NCBI GenBank assembly: GCA_043826455.1 | Contig: JBDRQD010000019.1 | Coordinates: 1 to 11,886 of the forward strand | Direction of reading: 5' to 3' | DNA length: 11,886 bases | From: Candidatus Bathyarchaeota archaeon | GTDB taxonomy: Archaea > Thermoproteota > Bathyarchaeia > TCS64 | Notes under the pieces: generated by a model | Told to the model about the DNA's origin: nothing | Seen by the model: only the letters and a program-made list of their open reading frames with translations | Databases searched by the model: none | Shown: in pieces, positions 1 to 7,103 of the stretch | Layout of the letters: each line of letters starts with the position of its first letter | Numbering within the stretch: position 1 is the stretch's first letter | Translations under genes and position numbers: made by a program

Positions 1-10
1 GGGGGGTGAA

Positions 11-2566
11 ATGCAGGTTCTCCTCGTCGGCGGTGACCCCGGGGTTCTCGGCTCCGTTAAGAGGTTCCTTGAGGAAGAGAACCCCAAAATGCGGGTGGTC
101 TCCGTTCAGCGGCCGGAGGAGGCGCTGAGGCTTCTATCCTCGGAGGCGTTCGACTGCGTAGTCTCCGACTACACGATGCCGGGGATGAACGGAGTAGAGC
201 TGGCCAGAAGGATCAGGGAGACGAGCACCGTCCCGTTCATCATCTACAAGGATCGTGAGACCGTGGAGGTGGCTGAGGCCGCCTTCGAGGCCGGCGTGGA
301 CAGCTTCGAGCGGAGGATAGCCGACCCGAGGCACCTCCTGGTGCTCGCGAAACGGGTGAGGCTGGTGGTGGGGAGGCGCCGGTCAGAGGATCTGTACCGG
401 GGCGTGGTGGAGCGAGTCAGGGACCCACTCTGGATACTCGTAGGGACCACCATCGTACACGCCAACGAGGCGATGGCGGAGCTCCTCGGAGTCGACGGCC
501 CCGATGAGGTTATGGGTCACGAATCCACGGAGTGGGTCGTAGAGGAGGACCGGGAGAGGGTTCGGGAGACGGCCCTCGGCAGGCAGAGGGGAGAAGCCAT
601 GCCACAGCTATACGAGTTCACAATCCAAAGGCGGGACGGCCAGCGTAGACGGGTTGAGGCGTCAGCCTCCCTCATAAGCTACATGGGGAGCACGGCCAGC
701 CTCAGCTTCCTCCGCGACATAACCGAACGCAAGAAGTCTGAAGAGGAGTTGATCCGTCTAGCTGATGCCGTAAGGATGACCACAGATAGCATCATGATCT
801 CTGGCATTGATGGAAAGATCATAGATGTTAATGAAGCCACCCTGAAGATGTATGGCGCAGAGGACAGGGGAGAACTGATTGGAAAAAGCTCCTTCGACCT
901 CATCGCCCTCGAAGACAGAGAAAAAGCGTTAGCGGGTATGAGCGAGGTTCTGGAAAAGGGGTACGTGGAGAGTCGAGAGTATCGTATCTTACTGAAGGAT
1001 GGCCGTGAAACATCTGTGGAGATGAGCGTCGCCATCTTGAAGGGTCTGGATGGTAACCTAATGGGTTTTGTAGGCGTTTCAAGAGACATCACCGACCGCA
1101 AGCGGTTGGAGGAGGAGATGGGTAAGCAGAGGCTGACGTTGGAAGACCTCTACGAGAACGCGCCCGTAATGTACCTGACCCTCGACACGGAGGGCGTAAT
1201 AATCAAAGCCAACCAGACGATGTGTGGCGCCCTCGGCTACGCTAAGGAAAAGCTTGTAGGCAAAGAAATGTGCGCTCTCCTGCCGGAGGGAGACACCCAG
1301 ATATTCAAAGACAGCTTCCCAAGGTTACTCGAGATTGGAGGCATACGCGGTGCATTGAGGAGACTCGTCGGGAAGGATGGTAGAGTCATCGAGACATTGA
1401 TGGATACGTCGGTCGAGTACGGGGAGGATGGGAGTCCTCTCTACACCCGGGCTGTCTTCAGGGACATGACCACCCAGAGAGAGGTGGAGAGGAAACTACA
1501 GGAGTCGGAGGAGAAGATTCTCAACTTTTTCGATTTTACTAGAGAAGGGATAATAATAACTAATTACGCTGGAATAATAGAATCAGCAAACTCTGCGTCA
1601 ACCAGGATTCTAGGTTACAGCAAAGAAGAGCTTATAGGGAGTCCCTTAAATGGGCTCGGTTTTGACCCGCATCAAAGCCAAATGATGTTGAACAAGTTAA
1701 TCAAGAATGACTATATAGAATCTTATGAGACGGTTTATAAACGAAAAGGCGGGTCTTTTATCGACGTATTAACTAGCTCTTTTCTTCAAAGGGATCAAAA
1801 TGGGAGCATAGTACAGATTGGAACCATCTTCACAGACATCACTGAACGTAAACGAGCAGAGAGGATGATGAGGACGAAGCTGATGAAGTTCAGCATAGAA
1901 CCAGGGCATATTTACGTTGTAAAGGAGAAGGCCCCAGCCTTGGCTCTTGAGGCCTTCAAAGACCTCCTCAACATAGGTTATCAGGGAGTTGTTATCTCGA
2001 GAACACCTGAAAACATTTTTAGAAAAATGGTTAAGAATGACTTTAACTTCTATTGGCTCGCTGAAAAGGGTGAACGAGTTACACCTCCCAGTTATCAGAA
2101 AATTAAGGAACTTGTGGAGACCTATCCAAGGAACGCCGCTTTTTTGATAGACGGAATCGAGTACCTGGTTTTAAGGAGGGGATTTAAGGCACTCGTATTA
2201 TTTATTCAATGGCTTAGAGACCATGTAATCTTCACAGGGGATACAGCTATTCTGGTACTTGATCCTGTCCAATACACAGAACGAGAACTTCATCTACTAG
2301 GAAAAGATGCTGAGGAAGTTAATGTCCGGCATCCAAGTGTTTCTGCGGAGATGCTTGAGATCTTAAGCTTTGTCTATGCCCAAAATAGGGTGGGAGTTAA
2401 TCCAAACTACTCTGCTGTCGGACAGGATAGAAACCTGAGTAAGCCTACCCTGAAAAAAAGGATAAATCATCTTATCAACTCTGGCTATTTGACTGAAACT
2501 CCAGTTGGGAATAACAAACTTCTTCATATAACGGAGACTGGGCGAAGCATGCTTTTTCAGCAATAG
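11..2566 (+). CDS. Multidomain signalling regulator: degenerate receiver (REC) + 4 PAS/PAC + DUF835 (inactive KaiC-like) + C-terminal winged HTH
   Basis: 851-aa ORF. REC fold at the N-terminus (FDCVVSDYTMPGMNGVEL). Four PAS repeats end in RDITERK, RDITDRK, RDMTTQR and TDITERK. DUF835 signature IEPGHIYVV...GVVISRTPE...FYWL...FLIDGIEYL...GF lies at ~1895-2320. The C-terminal LSKPTLKKRINHLINSGYL...LLHITETGR looks like a MarR-type wHTH. Confidence 0.85.
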   Translation: MQVLLVGGDPGVLGSVKRFLEEENPKMRVVSVQRPEEALRLLSSEAFDCVVSDYTMPGMNGVELARRIRETSTVPFIIYKDRETVEVAEAAFEAGVDSFERRIADPRHLLVLAKRVRLVVGRRRSEDLYRGVVERVRDPLWILVGTTIVHANEAMAELLGVDGPDEVMGHESTEWVVEEDRERVRETALGRQRGEAMPQLYEFTIQRRDGQRRRVEASASLISYMGSTASLSFLRDITERKKSEEELIRLADAVRMTTDSIMISGIDGKIIDVNEATLKMYGAEDRGELIGKSSFDLIALEDREKALAGMSEVLEKGYVESREYRILLKDGRETSVEMSVAILKGLDGNLMGFVGVSRDITDRKRLEEEMGKQRLTLEDLYENAPVMYLTLDTEGVIIKANQTMCGALGYAKEKLVGKEMCALLPEGDTQIFKDSFPRLLEIGGIRGALRRLVGKDGRVIETLMDTSVEYGEDGSPLYTRAVFRDMTTQREVERKLQESEEKILNFFDFTREGIIITNYAGIIESANSASTRILGYSKEELIGSPLNGLGFDPHQSQMMLNKLIKNDYIESYETVYKRKGGSFIDVLTSSFLQRDQNGSIVQIGTIFTDITERKRAERMMRTKLMKFSIEPGHIYVVKEKAPALALEAFKDLLNIGYQGVVISRTPENIFRKMVKNDFNFYWLAEKGERVTPPSYQKIKELVETYPRNAAFLIDGIEYLVLRRGFKALVLFIQWLRDHVIFTGDTAILVLDPVQYTERELHLLGKDAEEVNVRHPSVSAEMLEILSFVYAQNRVGVNPNYSAVGQDRNLSKPTLKKRINHLINSGYLTETPVGNNKLLHITETGRSMLFQQ

Positions 2567-2590
2567 TTTACCTTCTTTACCCTTTTTTTA
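2567..2590 (+). terminator. Pyrimidine/T-rich archaeal-type terminator candidate
   Basis: tttaccttctttacccttttttta lies immediately after the stop at 2566. It could also contribute to an rsbR promoter. Confidence 0.5.
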
Positions 2591-2640
2591 TCCCATCTTA
2601 ATGTGTTGGTAAACAGCAACTATTGATCAGGTGTAATGAT

Positions 2641-3036
2641 ATGGAAATAGAGTTGGCTGAGATTAGAACCCCTGTGGTTGAGGTCTGGCAGAATGTGATA
2701 CTGGTCTCCATAGTAGGCACCCTAGACACCAACCGGGCGGGTGTGTTGATGGAGGCGCTTCTGATGAAGATCGTGGACAAAGAGGCGAAGGTCGTCATCC
2801 TGGACCTCGACGGCGTGCCATTAATAGACACGACCGTGGCCAAGCACATAATGGACACGATAGCGGCGGCTAAGCTGATGGGACCCGAGGTCATCGTCTC
2901 GGGGATAAACCCGGAGGTGGCCAAGACGATGGTGAAGCTTAAAATCCGGTTCGAAGCCGAGACCTACAGCGTGCTGAGGAGGGCGATGGAGTCCGCCTTA
3001 AAGCTTCTTGGGTATGAGCTCACCATATTAAAGTAG
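2641..3036 (+). CDS. rsbR: RsbR-type stressosome STAS protein lacking an N-terminal sensor domain
   Basis: TPVVEVWQNVILVSIVGTLDTNRA...ILDLDGVPLIDTTVA...SGINPEVAKTMV matches the RsbR STAS domain. Both phospho-Thr positions are kept (GTLDT and IDT, equivalent to B. subtilis T171/T205). ATG 2641 follows an AGGTG SD-like motif; the ORF track start at 2623 is less likely. Confidence 0.88.
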   Translation: MEIELAEIRTPVVEVWQNVILVSIVGTLDTNRAGVLMEALLMKIVDKEAKVVILDLDGVPLIDTTVAKHIMDTIAAAKLMGPEVIVSGINPEVAKTMVKLKIRFEAETYSVLRRAMESALKLLGYELTILK

Positions 3037-3077
3037 CGCCGGGAGAGGACGCAGCCGTAAGGGAGGGAGATCATGTT

Positions 3078-3449
3078 TTGTCGATGGGCAGGGTAGCGTC
3101 TGCGCTGAGGTTGGGGGACTGCCTTCTGGTGACCCCGCAGGGAGATCTCCACGACTCCGCCGCCGACCTGTTCCTAGAGGAGACCCTCGAGAGCCTGAAC
3201 AAGGCTAGATGCACTAGCCTGATACTGAACATGGGGAACGTCGAAGTCGTGGACAGCTTCATGGGCAGGACCATCGGCGAGTTGATCCAGGCCGCCTCCC
3301 TTCACGGTGTGAAGGTCGTGGTGGTGGGTCTGAGGCCCGAGGTGGCTATAACCATGGTGGAGATGAACATATCCATAGGCCACGTCGACACCGCCCTCAA
3401 CATCGACAATGCTCTAAACATCCTAAACAAGAAGAGGATTCGACCTTGA
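3078..3449 (+). CDS. rsbS: RsbS-type STAS protein (stressosome antagonist)
   Basis: LLVTPQGDLHD...VEVVDSFMGRTI...VVGLRPEVAITMVEM...TALN. The DSF motif carries the RsbS phospho-Ser (S59 equivalent). GGAGGGAGA lies upstream; the start is TTG 3078 or ATG 3084. Confidence 0.92.
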   Translation: MSMGRVASALRLGDCLLVTPQGDLHDSAADLFLEETLESLNKARCTSLILNMGNVEVVDSFMGRTIGELIQAASLHGVKVVVVGLRPEVAITMVEMNISIGHVDTALNIDNALNILNKKRIRP

Positions 3450-3862
3450 TGCCTTGTGAGGATGTTGAGGTGGAGGAGATACGTACGGAATCGGACATCG
3501 TGAGGTGTCGGTCCCTGGCTAGGGCCTTCGCCGGGAGGCTGGGCTTCGGCAAAGTGGATCAGACCCGCATCACCACAGCCGTCTCGGAGATCGCTAGGAA
3601 CACGCTTGTCCACGGCGGTGGGGGCAGTATGACGATCAGGGTAGTCGAGGGAAACGGCCTAGAGGTTCTGTTTGTCGACGCCGGCCCCGGCATCCAGGAC
3701 ATCGACTTAGCGATGAGAGACGGCTACTCGACCGCTGGGAGTCTTGGACTGGGGCTGGGCGGCGCCAGGAGGCTCATTGACGAATTCAGTTTAGAGTCGA
3801 AGGTAGGCGCTGGAACGAGGGTAACTATGAGAAAGTACCCGTCGAAGCAGGCGTGGGGCTGA
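3449..3862 (+). CDS. rsbT: RsbT Ser/Thr switch kinase (GHKL/HATPase_c)
   Basis: ESDIVRCR...LGFGKVDQTRITTAVSEIARN (N box), DAGPGI (G1), DGYSTAGSLGLGLGGARRLIDEF (G2), GTRV. A TGATG overlap with the rsbS stop gives ATG 3449. Confidence 0.95.
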   Translation: MPCEDVEVEEIRTESDIVRCRSLARAFAGRLGFGKVDQTRITTAVSEIARNTLVHGGGGSMTIRVVEGNGLEVLFVDAGPGIQDIDLAMRDGYSTAGSLGLGLGGARRLIDEFSLESKVGAGTRVTMRKYPSKQAWG

Positions 3863-4443
3863 TGCCTGGGTTGAGGGTTGGAGTAGCATCCAAACCGATG
3901 AAAGGCTTCGAGGTGAACGGGGACGCACACCTCCACCTGGAGGCCGAGGGCCGGAGCCTCGTCGCTGTCTTCGACGGCCTCGGCCACGGAGCGGACGCCT
4001 CGGTGGCCTCGGAGAGGGCCCGGAGATACGTGGAGACCCATGCCTTGGACGGCCTTGAGGAATTGTTCCATGGTTGCCACGCCGAGATCGAGGACACCAG
4101 GGGCGTCTGCATGGGAGTGTTCAGGGTCGACAGAGGGTCGGGCAGGATCGAATACTGTGGCGTGGGGAACACCGCTGCATGGATACTCGGGGAGGAGCAT
4201 AGAAGAATGGTCTCCGTATCAGGTATCGTGGGCTACACCATGGAGAGCCTCCTCAGATTTGAGTACCGTTATGATCGGGAGACGGTCTTGATGCTCCACA
4301 CCGACGGCGTCTCTTCCAGGTTCAGCCTCCCTAGCCTAGGCGCGGTGAGGGATGACCCTCAGAGGGCTGCTGAGGAGATCCTGGAGGGGTGGGGGAAGGA
4401 GACCGATGACGCCACAGTGGTGATAGCCGTTGAAAGGAGATAG
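3862..4443 (+). CDS. rsbX: RsbX-like PPM/PP2C (SpoIIE-family) Ser/Thr phosphatase
   Basis: Metal-binding motifs NGD, DGLGHG, HTDGV and DDATVV are present, plus TRG and GVGN. At ~193 aa it is a stand-alone phosphatase. A TGATG overlap with the rsbT stop gives ATG 3862. Confidence 0.9.
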   Translation: MPGLRVGVASKPMKGFEVNGDAHLHLEAEGRSLVAVFDGLGHGADASVASERARRYVETHALDGLEELFHGCHAEIEDTRGVCMGVFRVDRGSGRIEYCGVGNTAAWILGEEHRRMVSVSGIVGYTMESLLRFEYRYDRETVLMLHTDGVSSRFSLPSLGAVRDDPQRAAEEILEGWGKETDDATVVIAVERR

Positions 4444-4447
4444 TGCA

Positions 4448-6394
4448 TTGAAGGACCCGGTGGATAGGCTGGCAGAGCTGCTCCGTGAGTACAGCAGAGA
4501 CGGAAGCGAGGATGTCCTGTACAGGGCGTCCCTGCTGGGGAGGGAGCTTCATGGGTTGATGACGCCTCCCGACAGGGTTTTGGGCTTCTTCCTGGAGGCC
4601 CTGAGGCGGGTCTCTCAGGTGTCTGCTGAGTTTGAGGGTCTGCTCCTCGAGGTGATGATCACCTACAGCTCCAGCTTCCTCGAGGCGGAGGCGGCGCTTA
4701 GGGAGAGTGAGGAGCGTTACCGTAGCCTCGTGGAGAACTCGCCCAACGCTATCTCGGTCATGGTAGAAGGTAGGATCGTTTACGCTAACAAGAGGAGAGC
4801 GGAACTCGCAGGAAAAGACGATCCATCCGAGTTGGTTGGCACAAGCGTCATCTCTCAGATAGTGGAAGGAGACAGGGAGTCTATAGTAGAGAGAGAGGAG
4901 GCAAGAGAAAGAGGGGAGAAGCCTCCATCACCATTCGAGTACAGGATGTTGAGGGCGGATGGCAGCGTCAGAGACATCGTATGCTACAGCTCAGCTATTA
5001 GCTATCAAGGTAAAAACGCTGTGCAGCACGTGCTCCTCGATGTCACCGAGGAGAAGCGGTACGAGGAGAGGCTTGAGACTCTGCACCGGCACGCATTGGG
5101 GCTTGCCCTGATGGAGACCTTTGAGGGGATTGGTGAGGTGACTATGAAGGCGGTTGAGGATGTCCTCGGATACAACATTGGCAGCTTCGGGGTCGTTGAG
5201 GGTGAATTCCTCCGGTATATATACCTAAAGGGAACTGGGAGGGGTGAGACCTTTAAGATGCCTTTAGATGGGCCGGGAGTCACTGTTAGGGCACTCAGGC
5301 TCGGGGAATCTCAGCTAGTCCATGACACCCGCGTGGAGGAGAACTATGTGATTGGCCTCACTGAAGGCGAATACCCGAGTCTATCTGAGCTCGCGGTTCC
5401 CGTTCACCTCGAAGGGAAACCCGTTGCCGTGATAAACGTGGAGAGCACGGAGGTAGGTGCTTTCACGGTGATGGATCAACGGCTCTTGGAGGTCTTCGCA
5501 GAGCACGTGGCTTCAGCGTATGGGAGGCTCCAGCATCATGCGCTACTAATAGAGGCTGAGGAGCGGTACAGGGAGGTGGTGGATAACAGCAACGACGGCA
5601 TCCTCGCCATCAGCCTCGACGGGGTGGTCACCTTCTCGAACCGGAGGATGCTGGAGATGACTGGGTACGGGCCGGGGGAGGTGGTGGGCAGGAGCTTCTC
5701 TGACCTCATCAAGGTGGATGCTAGGCAGAGGATGGTTGAGCTTCTTCAGTCAGCCACTAAGAGGGAGGTGACTGGCCTCTCAGAGTTTGAGTTGACCCGC
5801 GGGGACGGGTCGACGCTGTACGTGGAGGCTTCGGCCGCCGCCATAATGAGGGGTGGGGCCCTTGCGGGGGTTCAGGTGATCTGCAGGGACATCGGGGAGC
5901 GGAAGGCTGGTGAGCGCCGTGTCAGGGTGCTGGCCTACCAGCTGAACGGCTTGAAGCCGGGCGGCTGCTTCATCAGCGACTCCCATGAGCGGTGCTTCAA
6001 GGCGTTCGCCGACCTGACCATGCATGGGGTCCCGGGTCTCTGCTTGGCGAGGGAGGACCCTGAGGCATTGGTGTCCCGGTATGGCATCGGCAGGGAGAGC
6101 ATCGTCCTGGTGTCGACGAGGCCGGTGGCGGGGTTTGAGGTTGTCAGGGACCTGCAGGAGGTGAGCCGGCTCATCGCAGCGTTCCTCGCGAAGAACGGGG
6201 AGCCCGTGGTGGTGCTGGATGGCCTGGAGTACCTGGTCAGCCGGTTCGGGTTCGACCCGGTCTACGGCTTCATCCAGGAGAAGCGGTTCGACTTCCTGGA
6301 TGCCGGCGCCGTCCTCCTGGTACCTGTGGACTCGGCGACCCTCAGCGACCGGGAGAGGGCCCTCATAGCCAGCGAGGTAGCTACCCTCATGTGA
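4448..6394 (+). CDS. RsbU_N-like domain + PAS + GAF + PAS + DUF835 (inactive KaiC-like) signalling protein
   Basis: The N-terminus LAELLREYSRDGSEDVLYRASLLGREL...PPDRV...LLLEVMITYSSSF resembles the RsbU N-terminal domain. It is followed by PAS (YRSLVENSPNAI...DVTEEK), GAF (GVTVRAL...SELAVPV...VINVES...FTVMDQRLLEVFAEH), PAS (...RDIGERK) and DUF835 (GLCLAREDP...VVLDGLEYLVSRFGF). AAGGAG at 4434-4439 favours TTG 4448 over 4430. Confidence 0.85.
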   Translation: MKDPVDRLAELLREYSRDGSEDVLYRASLLGRELHGLMTPPDRVLGFFLEALRRVSQVSAEFEGLLLEVMITYSSSFLEAEAALRESEERYRSLVENSPNAISVMVEGRIVYANKRRAELAGKDDPSELVGTSVISQIVEGDRESIVEREEARERGEKPPSPFEYRMLRADGSVRDIVCYSSAISYQGKNAVQHVLLDVTEEKRYEERLETLHRHALGLALMETFEGIGEVTMKAVEDVLGYNIGSFGVVEGEFLRYIYLKGTGRGETFKMPLDGPGVTVRALRLGESQLVHDTRVEENYVIGLTEGEYPSLSELAVPVHLEGKPVAVINVESTEVGAFTVMDQRLLEVFAEHVASAYGRLQHHALLIEAEERYREVVDNSNDGILAISLDGVVTFSNRRMLEMTGYGPGEVVGRSFSDLIKVDARQRMVELLQSATKREVTGLSEFELTRGDGSTLYVEASAAAIMRGGALAGVQVICRDIGERKAGERRVRVLAYQLNGLKPGGCFISDSHERCFKAFADLTMHGVPGLCLAREDPEALVSRYGIGRESIVLVSTRPVAGFEVVRDLQEVSRLIAAFLAKNGEPVVVLDGLEYLVSRFGFDPVYGFIQEKRFDFLDAGAVLLVPVDSATLSDRERALIASEVATLM

Positions 6395-6406
6395 GGCAGC
6401 CCTCGG

Positions 6407-7102
6407 TTATAGGAGCCGGATCTTCTCCAGCCCCTGCTCCCCGTAGGACACCTGGTCGCCGAAGAGGCCTCTGAACCCATGTACCTCTCTGCTCTCATGT
6501 GCCTCAGGGTTTAGGAGGAAGATGGCTGTGAACCGCGGCTCGTCAAGCCTTCTCAGAGTCTCCTGGGCGAACCCGTAGGCCGCCTCGAAGCCTGCTGAGA
6601 GTGCGTGATCGGTGAGATTATCATAGACGAGGGCCAGCGGCTCATCCCTGTGGGCGTCCAGGATTGGGGAGAGGATGGTCTGAGGCGTCACAGGGACTAG
6701 CTCCACGGCCTCGTCCCCCAGCAGGGCCCTGTGGAGGGCGCTGGTGCTGGGCGATAGCACGGCCACCCCTTCCCCGTAGGCCCGGGCCTCCAAGAAGTCT
6801 CTCACACACCTCTCATAGGGCGTAGAGGGGCTGTACTCCATAAGGATCTTTCTGCCCCGGAGCTCCATGTGGCTCAGGCCCAGCGCACCCGAGAACCCGG
6901 TCCTCCGGGAGGCCTCCAGGTGTCTCCTCAGGTACCCAGCCAGCTCGGCGGTGAAGGGCTTGGTGACGTAGCCGTCGGCACCCGCCTCGGCGGCCATCCT
7001 CCTGTCCACGTCCCTCCCCAGGGCTGTGAACATCACCACCGGGATGTGCCTCGTCCTCGGCTGCTCCTTCAGAGCCCTGCACACCTGGAAGCTGCGCGCG
7101 GG
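6407..7102 (-). pseudogene. 5'-truncated response regulator: C-terminal half of REC + inactive KaiC/DUF835-like domain
   Basis: The frame reads PARSFQVCRALKEQPRTRHIPVVMFTALG...GADGYVTKPF, i.e. only the second half of a receiver. The acidic pocket and phospho-Asp are absent and an in-frame TAA lies at 7118-7120 inside tbp. The C-terminal GRKILMEY...LVYDNLTD...GFEAAYGF...TAIFLLNPEAHESREV...LF resembles inactive KaiC-like domains. It could still be translated from GTG 7084. Confidence 0.7.
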
Positions 7103-7103
7103 G

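Noticed and set aside
4448..6394. Calling this gene rsbU or a histidine kinase
   Set aside because: It has no PP2C motifs, H-box or HATPase domain. Only the N-terminal domain is RsbU-like.
134..6498. Numerous short minus-strand and alternative-frame ORFs across the signalling genes
   Set aside because: All overlap well-supported plus-strand genes and lack family motifs.
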